In this document: positions 13,763 through 26,775 of the stretch, piece after piece
How the letters are laid out: every line of letters begins with the position of its first letter
Numbering within the stretch: position 1 is the first letter of the stretch
Assembly: GCF_006345805.1 (NCBI RefSeq)
Contig: NC_042997.1
Location: 102,300,001-102,364,000 of the forward strand
DNA from: Octopus sinensis
Taxonomy: Eukaryota
DNA: 64,000 bases
Reading direction: 5' to 3'
Translations under genes and position numbers: made by a program
The notes under the pieces: model-generated
Databases searched by the model: none
What the model was told of the DNA's origin: nothing
Seen by the model: the letters and a program-made list of their open reading frames with translations, nothing else

Positions 13763-14599
13763 CTTAATAATGTGTCTAAAGATGAAACCAAGAATACAAT
13801 TTTAAAATATATTAACACCTTGTTCTAGAAACAAAATTCCATTCACTAGATCTTCCTTCATAGAAAACTTAAAATTCTGATTTATTTTCAGCGAAAAAAT
13901 TAGTGAAATTAATATTTGTGAAAGTTGAAATTTTTATGCATTATTTTACAATTTACACTGAATCAGAAACAGCGCAATTTTATAAACTGATTCTAGCAAT
14001 ACAATAATTGCTTCTGATTTTTCTTCATGGCCCTGCAAGACTAAGATAAAGATAGTGATAACCTCACTAAGGATCGAGAGTACAGGAAAGTGTCGACTGA
14101 CATAGTTCCAAAGAATGTTCTTCATCCTAATCACTGAAGCTACAATAAAGGAATTCAGAAATGAATTATATGGATGATTCTGTATGCTAATCAGCCAGTT
14201 CTCCTTGAAAAATTTGTTCAAGAACTTGTAAAATAGATTTGAGACTTGGCAATATGGACTTCAAAGGTCTTGAAAAAAGACCATACCCAAGATTAAGGTA
14301 ATATATAGTTATTGGTACCAAAAGGCTCAACAGTATCAGATAAGTGGCCTTTTCCAAAATGTTGGAAAGGGGCAAATTAGAATCCAAAACTGTGTAGTCA
14401 TGCAGACAATGCTACAAGATCTCCGGCAGAAAACAAAATGTTAGGTGTGCTAAATATAGAAGAATAGTTAATAGTTGAGCAGTTATTGACTGAAGATAGA
14501 TCAGACTGCTTGGAAAACTCATATATTTAAGTAATAAATAGTTGGCTACTGAGGAGACAAAACTACTGCAAGAGATGGAGCAAATGGCAATATTGGAAT

Positions 14600-15313
14600 T
14601 TACATCTTATAATAATTCTGCTAGTCACTCCATTACTTAGCCCGTCCATAACGCTTTCACATGATTAGTTGAAGGGAAAGGTGAAGAGCAAGAGAGGAAA
14701 AGGAGAAGAGAGAAGTGTCTATGATGTGAGGTAGAGGGAATGTAATTGTAATGCTTTCACATAATTAAATAGAAAGAAAGAACAAGATGGAGAAAGAAAA
14801 AGGAGAAAAAGAGGATAAGGCTAACAGTGAGACAGAAAGAGGGAGAGAAGCATCCACAAGATGAGATAGGGGAAAGGTAATATTTATTATGTGGTTAAAA
14901 AAGTTAGTTGAAGGTAGTGATATAGAGGAGAGTTAGAAATAATTTTAGCAGAGGGGTGATGTTCTAAAGAAAGGGAGAGAGGGGGAGAGAGAGATGATGA
15001 AGGTGGTGAGTGGATAGTGAAAAGTGCATTTTTTTAAACTGAATTTTTTATATCGCTTATCACTTAACGCATGTACGTAAGTGCAATTTCATGAAATATT
15101 ATAGCTTATTTATGTGGCAAATATATGCAATTTAACTAAAGGTTGTATCATGCATACAGCAATATTTTTTTTGTTTCTGGGAAGAATGAAAAAATAAAAG
15201 TGAATATTTTTATGACTCTTGTGTATTAAGTCTATAAAATTGTGCATAAAGTAGATAATGTGCATTAAGTAATCATCATATTTCAATTTCTTTCACTTTT
15301 CAATGAGTAGCAG
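14600..15313 (+). repeat. Interspersed repeat sharing its 3' end with the Helitron-like element at 28160-29104
   Basis: The segment from GTCTATAAAATTGTGCATA to TTTCTTTCACTTTTCAATGAGTAGCAG is shared with about 29005-29105. Left boundary uncertain. Confidence 0.45.
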
Positions 15314-15769
15314 ATGAGAGACTATCTTTCCATACAGACACAACACAGGCTACACACAGTTGTTTTCAGAAATAACCTTATAGGTTTACCGTTAATTCTG
15401 TGAAATATTCATGGGTCCTACTAGTGTTATTTCAGAAAGGGATTGATATATAAAGCGAATGCAGGTACACAGTAAAATTGAAAAAGAAAAAAAATTAAAG
15501 TATGGTTAGTCCACATATATAATTATAATTTAAGTAAAATACACTTCACAAGTCAGCAGAGTAGATGATAGGAGTAAGAGGTTTGCAAATGACCAGAGCC
15601 TAAAGGATGATTAGTGTGAAGTATTTTAAAGTGCAGGACAGTGTGTTTATATGAACTAGGATGCTAATCAGGAAGTGAACCTGAAACAACTATAGTGTAC
15701 TTACCCTCACTGATCGTGAAAAGTGGGCTACATGTACTGAGATGTAGAATACAAGAGAAGACTAAAAAG

Positions 15770-15937
15770 CACCCACTACACTCTTGGAGTGGCTGGTGTT
15801 AGGAAGGGCATCCAGCTGTAGAAACCATGCCAAATCAGGTTGAAATCTGGTGCAGCTCCCCAGCTTACCAGTTTTCAGTCAAACCACTTAACCCATGCCA
15901 GCATGGAAAACAGACATCAAATGATGATGATGATGAG
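15770..15937 (+). mobile_element. SINE-like repeat, family D 3' part
   Basis: GTTAGGAAGGGCATCCAGCTGTAGAAAC...AACCCATGCCAGCATGGAAAAC..GATGATGATG. Confidence 0.6.
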
Positions 15938-16624
15938 TAAGATACTTTCACAAGAGTAACAAATATAGTAGCTGATTATTAAGGTACAGTTCAGTACAGT
16001 TAGAAAAGCTATAAAAGTATTGAAAACAGAAAAGCATCAAGACCATCAGGGATAATTGTTCACAAGCTAAACACTATCAAAATATGCGGCAATATTCAAG
16101 TTACTTGCTTCCATAATCAAATATTGTCAAAAGACATTAATGTTAATCACTTGCTTAATCAACAAGTTTCATAAGGGCAAAACAAAATTTCCTGAAGAGG
16201 ATCAAGTACAGAGACCTCAAACTGATGACCCAAGACTTTAGAGTGCTTGAAGTGTTTTATCAAAACAGATTCAGAAATCAATTAGATGAAGTTTGGGTTT
16301 GTATTAAGACATATAACCACAAAACCTACATTTCTAGTAATAGAACTTTAAGAGAAGTTTGTAACTCATAAACCACTGAATTTAGCTTCTGTGTCTCTGA
16401 AGAAGGGCATACTAAACAGAGTCCATTGATCAGCAGTCTGATGGACACTAAAGAAAGTTGGGTGTAGGTGAATGGTCTTAAAAGCTTAAATTATACAGCA
16501 TGGTGCTATTAGTATGATTATGGATAGAAGTGAGTTCAAAGAATTTCATGTTTTTCATCTTAAGTTCCTTAGAAACTTTTAAAAGCTAATAATTGTTTCC
16601 ACAACAATAGAAATCAAAATATTT

Positions 16625-17640
16625 ACTCTTTTACTTGTTTCAGTCATTTGACTGCGGCCATGCTGGAGCACATCGACCCCAGGACTTATTCTTTGGAAGC
16701 TTAGTACTTATTCTATCAGTCTCTTTTGCCGAACTGCTAAGTTTCGGGGACGTAAACATAGCACCATCGGTTATCAAGCGATGTGGGGGGGGGGACAAAC
16801 ACAGACACACAAACATATACACACACATCATCATCATCATCGTTTAACGTCCATTCTCCATGCTAGCATGGGTTGGACAGTTCAACCGGGGATCTGGGAA
16901 GCCAGAAGGCTGCACAAGGCTCCAGTCTGATCTAGCAGTGTTTCTACAGCTGGATGCCCTTCCTAACGCCAACCACTCCGTGAGTGTAGTGGGTGCTTTT
17001 TACGTGCCACCTGCACAGGTGCCAGGCGAGGCTGGCAACGGCCACTGTCGGATTGGTGCATTTTGCATGCCACTGGCACAGAAGCCAGTCGAGGCGGCAC
17101 TGGCATCGGCCACGATTTGGATGGTGCTTTTTACGTGCCACAGGCACGGAAGCTAGTTGAGGCGACGCTGGCATCGGCCACGATTCGGATAGCGCTTTTT
17201 ACGTACCACCAGTCCAGGGGTCCTGGCAACTGCCAGGTGCCAGTCATAGGATTGGTTCAATTTCGATTCCGATTTCACTTGCCCCAACAGGTCTTCGCAA
17301 GCAGAGAAGGGGGGTTGGCATGGGTGCCTGTCGTCGGATGAGGTTCGACTTTGCTTGCCTCAACAGGTCTGTGTGTGTCCAAGGGAGGAAAGACATGCAT
17401 AAGTGGGCTGGACTCACTTGTCCTGTCTGGTCTTCTCACGCACAGTATATTTCCAAAGGTCTCGGTCATATATATACATATATACGACGGGCTTCTTTCA
17501 GTTTCTGTCTACCAAATCCATTCACAAGGCTTTGGTCGGCCCGAGGCTATAGTAGAAGACACTTGCCCAAGGTGCCACGCAGTGGGAATGACCCAGGAAC
17601 CATGTGGTTGGTAAGCAAGCTACTTACCACACAGCCACTC
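16625..17640 (-). mobile_element. Nested SINE cluster: family B tail, family D with internal tandem repeats, family B head
   Basis: 16625-16810 matches the family B tail and 17486-17640 the family B tRNA-like head. 16820-17480 is family D, with repeated GGCATCGGCCACGATT units. Confidence 0.6.
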
Positions 17641-17859
17641 CTAAATTTCAAAGTCTGATCTAGATAGCAAAAGCCTAAAAGTCAACTAGCAAAGCCCAAA
17701 GTACTAGTTAGTAACAGAAGAAAGAAATCTTAGTACCTTCTAGAAAGTGGCCTTACTTGATTGGCATGAGAAGAGTCAGTAGGAATTAAACAGAGTGTAT
17801 TTGCTGCAAGCTACAGCTGGACAAAGGATGCAAGCAATGTACAAAAATGGTAAATAGCA

Positions 17860-18075
17860 GAAACATCCATGAAGAAGAGGTAAATAAACTGCTCATATGG
17901 CTTAAGACATTGCAGGTTTCTATTAATTATACGACCTGATTAGTGCTTGCAGTGACTGTAATGAAAATATAGCTACTGGTGTAAGGAAAGAGTGGAATCA
18001 GCTTAAGAAGCTGTTGGCAACAAAATGTTTCTCTATTAATGCAGAGGGCAAACTCTAAAAGTGACACTGCATGAC
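17860..18075 (+). mobile_element. RTE-type LINE RT C-terminal fragment
   Basis: Translation DLISACSDCNENIATGVRKEWNQLKKLLATKCFSINAEGKL resembles the RTE segment after the RT domain. Confidence 0.45.
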
Positions 18076-18119
18076 TTTTTTTTTTTAAACTTGCTGGGTT
18101 GGAAGAAGGGATAGTGCAC

Positions 18120-18560
18120 ATAACCTTTGCAGGCCTTCCCTGTCCAGTGAGATTTAAGTCATTAATCTGCCTCTTGAAACTTTGGAACTCAACACCTGCA
18201 GGAAACATAGGCAGATGTTCTAGGAAGGAAGGACAGGGCATTAGTGAGTTAGACTGGAGTACCTGAGTGGAGGCAGCAGGATTCCAGCTAGTTCCAAAGA
18301 GCAAAGGCCACAATAGTGGTGGGAAAGGCAGAGAAAAGAGACAGCATGCTTGTAGGGTTAAGACTGTAGTATGTGACATTCTACTAATCAGCTGGGTGGC
18401 TCTTTTCTAAGTGTGACTAGGATGTCTGTACATGCAGTGATAGCACTGCTCAACGTGTCAGAATACTCCACTGTGAGTCTTAGCCAAGCTTTGTAGAGTA
18501 TCAATAACTGTGGGGCCTGAAGTATCTTCTAGCTTTGAAGAGAAGGAACAGTGAGATATC
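18120..18560 (-). mobile_element. CR1/L2-type LINE 3' fragment
   Basis: Translation MFPAGVEFQSFKRQINDLNL resembles the C-terminus of CR1-like ORF2. Confidence 0.4.
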
Positions 18561-19202
18561 AATATCAAAGGTGGAAGTTTGTTGAAACTGGAAAACATTA
18601 AGCCCGATCCTTTAGAAATGTGAATGTTTACTTGAATGAAAAGCAGAACACAAGTGAAATGAGTGAGTGGCTAAGCACCGAAACCAGAGATACAAATATG
18701 CAATATGAGTGATGAGTGAACAAGTATGTTATGCTACCAGTGGAAAGTACTTATGCCATGTGAAAACCAAAAAAAGAGAGATTAGGTAAAGTGTTGATAC
18801 CAGGAAGCTGGGCCTCATAGATAAGATAAAAGAACAGCAATAATAATATACTGCACAGCAGACATTTCCAAATGCATGCCAGCATGGAGAAACACTGCAA
18901 GTGAGGTAACAGACAATTAGTCAATGTACAGAAGAAATCTTCACTAGAATGAAAATACATTACAATATTATGTTGACGAGGGGAAAGTAATGATAGTTAA
19001 GATAGACTAAGAAAGACTTGGGAACATAATTCACAGAACATACAGTGTATGTAATGACTATCTGTTGAAGAACACATCCAAATCTTAGGATAAAAGGAAA
19101 TACAAATATTAGCATCATTATATTAGGGTGGACTGGCTAAATTGTTAAAGAATCAGATCAAATGACTTGGAGCATTTCTTCCAGCTCTTTAGAGCAACGT
19201 TT

Positions 19203-19257
<55 letters not shown>

Positions 19258-21255
19258 ACGTGAATTACGTTGAAAAATAAAAGATATGGTATATATACCA
19301 CGTGAACAACGATGAAAAATATAAGATATGGTATATAATTTTTTTGTGCAGGGGTTCCTTGGGGTTTACGCAAGAGCAAAAAGGTCGAGAAATACTGCTT
19401 TCGAGTCTGGTTTCAAATTGATTACTGAGGTTAACTTTCTCTTTCATACTTTTGGAGTCGATAAAATAAAAATATCAGTCAAGTGCTGGAGACGATGGTA
19501 TCGACTAACTCCACTCCCCTCAAAAATACTGACCTTGTGCCTAAATTAGAAACAATTATTATAACAAATTTCTGTGAAAAAATATTAAAGCAAGTAGTAG
19601 GCTTTGAACAGTCACCAAACATTTTAAAGTATAATAGTCTGTATTTCTGTCGATCAGTTATTCAATGTTCTAACCGCCAATCCTCCCAAACCAACTACCG
19701 TACAAGATAATACTGCCTAATTTAGATACGAAATCTCTATAGTAACTTTTTAACTACCATGCATAGTTATAATTAACTAGAAAATCATTAGACGTTATCG
19801 TAAAACTCTATAAGGATAAAAATATACATCATATTAAAAAAAAAACTTAAAATATTATTCAACAATCTTAGTCAAAGACATAATATAAATAATCTTTTTA
19901 AACCGGCCAAATATCAAAACAGCCGCACCTCCCCGTGTCAGCCCTCAAAAAAACATCAACCTACTTTGTCAATGACTATAGACATAAATGCACTTTTATA
20001 TCTTCATTTACATTCAGGATATGACTCTAATTTCTCAGGTATATTTCTCAGCTCAAGTTTCCACAATCCCATTTAAACTAAAAAGAATGTTGATGAAATG
20101 CCAAAGAGAAATGTGTAAAGCGGTTTCACTTGACAGTTTAAGAAGCTTTCGCTAAGTTGTGTGTATCACATAATTTTACATCAGCTTTCAACTCCCAACA
20201 CATATCTGTTGACAGAGGTTTCCCCAAAATCAGTAATATCACTTATACTATTTTTAGTGTTGAGGGGTTCTATTTCAATTATTATATTCATAGGTGTATT
20301 CTATATTACTATGAAACTCCTCGTCCCATGATCATTTCCCCACCCCCACCCCTCGATAAATGCGAAAACTGCCATGTATGAAATAAACTATAAACGATCG
20401 CACGTAACTTTACACGACAAAAAAATTTTTTAAGAGTCTTTAAGCAGCAACGACAATCCTACTAGACGAGAAGAATATACACTTTCTATATTATAAGAAC
20501 GGCAAACATAAAAATGCACAACTAGTGCTGAGGTTACAAGAAACACATCCTGTTCGTTTTTCAAAATTATTGGGTGTTTACACATACTTCAACAACAACA
20601 ATATATAAACTATTTCTTCGTAAAACTATCTTTTCTTAACTGACTGAAGCAATTTTTTTTTTTTTATTGAACCAATTTTATTTTTAATTAACTGACCGAA
20701 ATTAGTTATTTTCCTATTTTTTAAAATCAACTAAATCTCACACACAAAGACTTCATTCCTAAACTGTTACATTGTCAACTTGTTCTCTTTCATGCTTGTT
20801 CGCCGTTACAATAACTAAGAAACAAATAAATAAAAAGTACTGCAGCAAGAAACTAACTGTTGAATTAGAATAATTAGCAGCACACTAAATGGGTTGGGTG
20901 TGACGGCCAAGGTAATTAGTAGTAATACGATACAAACGTATAAATATCCCAATATACTAAATAACATGAAGGTAAATATAAACTAGGAGCCGAATACTAA
21001 AATATGTGATTATAAATATACACACACACACACACACATATATATATAAATATACACACATATATATATAAATATACACATACATACATACACACACAAC
21101 GAAACTATTGGAATTTATTTGGGGAGAGAGGAGACATAAAAGAGCGGTCAAGACATCAGAGTTACTTCCCTTGATGAACTACAGTAATTATCATCAGCAT
21201 ATTTATTTATTTATTTATTTTGCCCATTTTTTAATAATAATAATAAATTACTTAC

Positions 21256-21377
21256 CAAACTTGACCGTAAGCACCGTATGCAACTGGAGCAAGTCTCTGA
21301 TAACGTTCTGGAATTCTCCAAGTTGTTCTGTTTAACTCAACTTGGTAAAATGTCTCACCTTCGTCTGCAGTAGCCAT
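21256..21377 (-). CDS. MAPK14: p38 MAP kinase (MAPK14/11 family), first coding exon
   Basis: Translates to [40 protein letters not shown](C), the p38 N-terminal signature (FYxxELNxTxWxxPERYQxLxPV..GAYGxVC). Ends TG|GTAAG (donor at 21255-21254) in phase 2 of the Cys codon, the same position as p38 intron 1 in vertebrates. The exact paralog cannot be assigned. Confidence 0.9.
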
Positions 21378-21420
21378 CTCATTCGCAGTTGGGGTATTCA
21401 GACTGTCGTTCTGACAGACT

Positions 21421-21450
21421 CTAACGATAAATGCAACAAAAAAAGTCAAT
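21421..21450 (-). promoter_or_regulatory. Candidate splice acceptor upstream of the p38 ATG
   Basis: Minus strand reads TTGACTTTTTTTGTTGCATTTATCGTTAG|AGTCTG, 43 nt before the ATG. A candidate donor GAG|GTAATT lies at 21921|21920. Confidence 0.45.
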
Positions 21451-24400
21451 TATAAAATTGCCTTAACTTACAAATAAACTACATATAACAGGCGTTGAAC
21501 CTGTCATTGCTTTCTTAAATTCTCCGATAATTAACAGTATGAATGTCTTTTTCTTTTTCTTTTTTTTTTTTTGCGTAGCAGATAGCTGGCAAAATGACAA
21601 GTATTTAGCAGTTAATTTAATAATTTAACAAGCATTCGCATTTCTTTAAGCAAATGCATACTAAAAAGGAAATAGCAATTATTCTTAAATAGTTTTTAAA
21701 TGGTGAGAAAAGAAGCGCCTATTAAAAAAATAAGTTTCTATTTCAGAGACTAAAACTACGCATGCCTCATCGAATGTAGTTTTAAAGTAAATGGAAAATA
21801 TCAAATAAACTGCAAATAAAGCGAAAACAAATATTAAAATAAAGCAACACCAACCTTAAGGCGTTCCACAAGCGAAACGACAACACCTAGCTTCTCTTCT
21901 TAATGGATGCCGGAAATTACCTCGTTTTCAATATAGACCTTCACTAAGTAGGCAAGTGAGTGCAAAATCTTTCTCATCATTCCCCGCGTGCTGTAGTTGA
22001 ACTTAACTTCTGATGTTATTTTACTTAAATTGATTGAAGAACTAGGAAAAAAAGTATTATGTATATACGTAAAAGAATTGTTATCTATAACTAATATAAC
22101 TTTCGTTGTGTTTCTAGAAAGTTGTAATGTTTATTTAGTAATAAATAGTAGTAAAAGTAATTCATTTTATTCACAGTTGTCGCTAAGACGAAGGTGCACA
22201 ATTAACTTTTCCATATTTTATTTCATGGTTAAAAGTGTCGTTTTTTGTTGTACTTTTTTCATTATGATATGAATATTAATAATAAGAATATTCTTTATAT
22301 ATATATATATATTATATATATATATATATAATGGTGGTAGCGAGTTTTATCTCTAAATTAATATTTCAAAGCACTCAAGTGGTTGGCAGTTGAAGAAATG
22401 CATCCAAATAACTTAATAAACGAATCCCATTTAAAGCATTAACAGGAATAACACTAAATAGACATAATAACTTTCTCGGCGTAAAAAAAAAGAAATGAAA
22501 TCCCAGGAAAAATATCACAGTAAAAAATCTCGATTTTGGTTAAAAGTAACGGGGAAAATAATACACCAAGTAAATAGATATTTTGATGAAACTTAAAAGA
22601 AAAAACATTAAATCCGTCAAAAGTCTGTATCCTTTGTTCCTGTTGCTTTTTCTTAAATCCTCTATTCATAATAACGCATGCTAATTTGTCTCTATAAAAT
22701 AAACTGAAAATGAAAAGTGCTTATGAAATTAGGCTAGTAGCCCAGGGTTTTACTTTCAAACTACTGTATTGACATTTTGAGTATCTAAGGATGTTTACCT
22801 CAGTTTGTCAAGTTTTTCTCTGCTGCAGAAATTTATTTTTTCCTGTTTTTATTAAGCCAATAGATTTTTATGAACTATGCACACGGAGAGGGGTGCAAAA
22901 AATTTCGTACACATATCTTTGACGGGGACAACTTTTATTTGTTTGTTTGTAAAAAGTAAATACAGCGGTTTTCAGATTTGACCGATCACATGGTTGTAGA
23001 TTTATACGTTCTGAAACATCAAAAAGGTATTTTACACACTAAGGGTTGGGGATAACCCCGAGCTCATGTCCAGAGTACAGTTAAAGCAAATAAACAAAAC
23101 TAAAATAATTTCGCTACTTGCTGTCTGCTCCTGACCAGACGTTGTTTGTGCAAGTGACACAGAAAGCTACTTTCTAAGCCAGGCGAGCAACAGGAATACA
23201 CGATTTTCAAAAGTTTCGAAATGAATTTCAGAACTTGCTGTTTGCTTCTTGAGGTGTACTTTCTAAAATTACATTTCAGCAAATAAAGTGTAGGATAATG
23301 CAGGAAGAAATCATATTAACATTTTTAGATTTTTTTTTAATATATAAACAAGATAAGAAAGTTGAATAAAAACATAATAGTTAACAAAATATTTCGGATG
23401 GACTTGGATGACTATAATTAAAATATTTGAAAAATTAAATAAATATATAAAATATAAATCCAAAAACGAAATATAAATATATTTCGTTTGTTAATAATTG
23501 CCATATGTTGTGTGACAACACTGAGTTTCAGTATCTTATTTAAATTGTTGATGACATATTTAATACATGAGGTATATATAAGGGCTAAATAGAACGAATT
23601 AGGCAGTGAAGAAAAAAAAAGCAATGTAAATTACTAATATTTTGAATTTGGCATGTTTGAGTAAGGGAGAAAACTCCGAATATGTTTTGCTGTTATTATG
23701 ATCTCTTCAGTTAAACGTAGATTTCAACGTATCTACCAAAGTTGTCAAGAAAAAATTACGAAGTAAATATAAAAGATAGTGTATTGTTTTTGTTTACCAC
23801 GTGTAAACGCGGTTTACAAATGTCAGTGTTGAGTGAGTGAAGTATTTGTAAAAGGAGTAATTGAGTGCTTTTTCCTCTGAAATCTATAAATATTTTATCT
23901 CATCAAACACTACAATGAAATACTGAACTACTAACGGTCAAGAGAGAGAACAGTTAAAATAGCTTTGACAATCAAGACTTCATTATATATTCACGGTTGG
24001 TTGAACTGCTAGCAGTATGTAGTTGAAGGTACGTGTGTTAGAATATTTTGTTGACTAGCTGTGTGTTTGTGTGTGTGAGGAGAGTTGTGGTTTTTGATTA
24101 TTTTGACAAGGGGTGAAGATGTGTATGTTTAAAACAAAGCAAAGCTAGTTAGTAGCTGATGGCAATGATATTTACTATCAGCAGCTAGTGTGTAGACCAT
24201 TAATATGCTTATTTTCCGATTTTCATGCGACACGTGTGGGACCAACTTACAGTTATAGACTGGTTGAATATACATCCCTGATCAGTAATTTCAGTGTCCC
24301 TAAAGCTAACGTGTGCTGTACATCAACTATAAGTTAATTAAATGTTGACTTTTCTAGATCCATTGTGCAATTTATACTGATTAATCTACGCATGGCTGAT

Positions 24401-26399
24401 GTCTCAGCTTGCTAGGCAAAATAAAGTATATATGTGTGTGTATGTGCATTTGACAAAAACCCATGTTAATGGATGATACATCAAGTATACATTGATACAA
24501 TAACATTTCTTTGCAAATTTCTTTTCATAGTTTCGTGATTTTACTGTAGGGACACCTTTTCTTTTTAATTTTTAGTTTATTAAAAATCACTCTTCAGTAA
24601 TTAATGGAAGCTCGTGTAAAGAATAGTACTACCTGATCAAATTTGTGATGAACTTAACGAAATAGAAATGCTATGTAAATTTTTATGAGCTACGCTGCAT
24701 GGTTTTAATTATTCCAGTGGTTTTACAATATACTACAATATACATAAATTGAAAGGAGCTCTTGGCCAGGATATCCCAACCCCTTTGATTACTATTTTAT
24801 TCTGATGGAGTAGCCATTCGATGTTTAAAAACTGGTTTTGTAGAAACGTCTTTCAAAATTCCAATTTCGTTATTCACCCATTAACTTGTGTAGATCGAAC
24901 AATATAAAACGATATAGAAAGAAATCTAGCTGTTTCTTGCAATACATACATCAAGAGCAAAATTTTCGCAGGGTCCCTTGAAATACTATTGGGGATCCCC
25001 AATTTACTATTTTGTTGCGTGGACCCTTAAAAATCTTATATGGACTCTAGTTGAAAACCACTGCTCTAGACTTTTGAAACTTTAGCTACTTCAGTTACTA
25101 CTGAAGGCTAACTATACGAGTTGTAGGATTTAGTATAGAAAACTGTTTATTTCATATAGCATCCTGTAGATATATTTTGTTTTCAGTTGTGTTTTATTTT
25201 AACTCTTGCATTTAAATAACGTAAGAGCAAGATCTTTAAAAATACATTGTTTTGGCTTCTAAACTTTTTACCTTCGGAGTCAGATACAACAGCTTCATTT
25301 ACTACGTTCGTAAAACTTGAGCATTTATGCAGATCTAAGCATCGTATTCCAATTACACTACTGTATAATGTTTATGAAAATACTTGTACTTCCAAGTTTG
25401 TCTCATGTCTGCAATTGAGTTTCTTCCAGTTGCAGTAGTTGAGTTCCAAAATGTCTACTAGAGTCGACAGAGGGCCGTAACAGTCAATTTGGTGATCTCC
25501 AAAACTATCAACTTCCATCCCATTTCATCTGCGAAAAGGATTCCTGATATTTGCTTCAAACAGTAATGATCATTAACACACGTTATTAGTTCCAAAAGAG
25601 AGCTTTTTTTTTTTTTTTTTTGATGAAATGACTCCTGCATACGTACCAAGACGGAGCATGTCATACAGGGCAATATTCACATCTTACCCCCAAACATATA
25701 AATAACATACAAACTGCTTTAAATATGAAGCAGGTGATCAAAAGGGACGGAAGATGTACTAATGTCTTGAAAGACATTTATGTAACGATTATTATGTAGC
25801 AAATAAACGAGAGGAAGGAGATATATTTACATATAATTATTAGTTGAAATGGCCCTTTATTTTCATCGTTACAATGTAAGATACAACTTCTTCGAGTTGT
25901 GGTCATACAATGATAATTTGTATTCTGTTATCCATTTTGTAAGTAGTAAACTTCATCTTTTGTTGACTGCTAGAGGGACAAAGAGTAAAAGACTTTTAAC
26001 AAGTAGAGAGGGTAAAAGTTGTATAATTGCGCAGAGACAAACCATACTTGAAATGAGAAGCAGACAAATGTGCTCTTCAAGCGAGGGGCCAAGTGAAGAG
26101 GTGGAACATTTTTTGGGGTTCCATACTCATATTTTTTCGAACTAAATTAGGCCAGGTTGAACAAAGGATTTTTCGTCTCCTGCCTGCCTGAACTCTATTT
26201 AACCCAAGAATGTTCACTTAAACAATAGAAATTAACTAAGTGTGACAGTTAACTCTCCTAAATTTCTAAGTGCAAAAGCCAAGGGCACGTAGAAAAATCT
26301 CGGGCAGGTTTTGAATCTTGGGTAAGACTCTAGGAAATTATTCGTCATTCGTGTAAAGTGCTTATGTACAACCATTAACTGGAAATGTTTTTCTTTTAT

Positions 26400-26775
26400 T
26401 CTTTTACTTGTTTCAGTCTTTTGACTGCGGCTACGAGGAGCACTGCCTTAAAGGGTTTTCTTTTAGTCGAAGAAATCGACCCCAGGACTTATTTTTTGTA
26501 AGCGTACTATTTTTTCTATCGTTTTTTTTTTCCGAACCGCTACGTTACGGGGACGTAAACACACCAACATCGGTTGTCAAGCGATGGTGGGGGAGACAAA
26601 CACAGACACACACACATAAATATATACATATATAAACGCCGGGCTCCTTTCAGTTTCCGTCTACCAAATCCATTCACAAGGCTTTGGTTGGCCCAAGGCA
26701 CTAGTAAAAGACACTTGCCCAAGATGTCACGCCGTGGGACTGAACCAGGAACTATGTGGTTGGGATCACAGTTGC
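26400..26775 (-). mobile_element. tRNA-derived SINE (family B), near full length
   Basis: Head 26636-26775, internal (CA)/(TA) tract and tail 26400-26590. Homologous to 36706-37095. Confidence 0.7.

Noticed and set aside
13946-14400. Coding-like segment (possible RT or transposase relic)
   Set aside because: The frames give conflicting weak resemblances, so no family can be supported.
17927-18379. 150-aa minus-strand ORF
   Set aside because: It spans two oppositely oriented LINE relics. Only a short CR1-like stretch is meaningful.
24021-24034. Plus-strand donor AAG|GTACGT suggesting a divergent gene upstream of p38
   Set aside because: A single short motif with no supporting ORF or downstream exon.
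24715-25063. hAT-type MITE (CAGTGGTTTT...AAAACCACTG)
   Set aside because: Only 10 bp of inverted match, and the 8-bp flanks (AATTATTC versus CTCTAGAC) are not a TSD. The right end may be a real orphan terminus.
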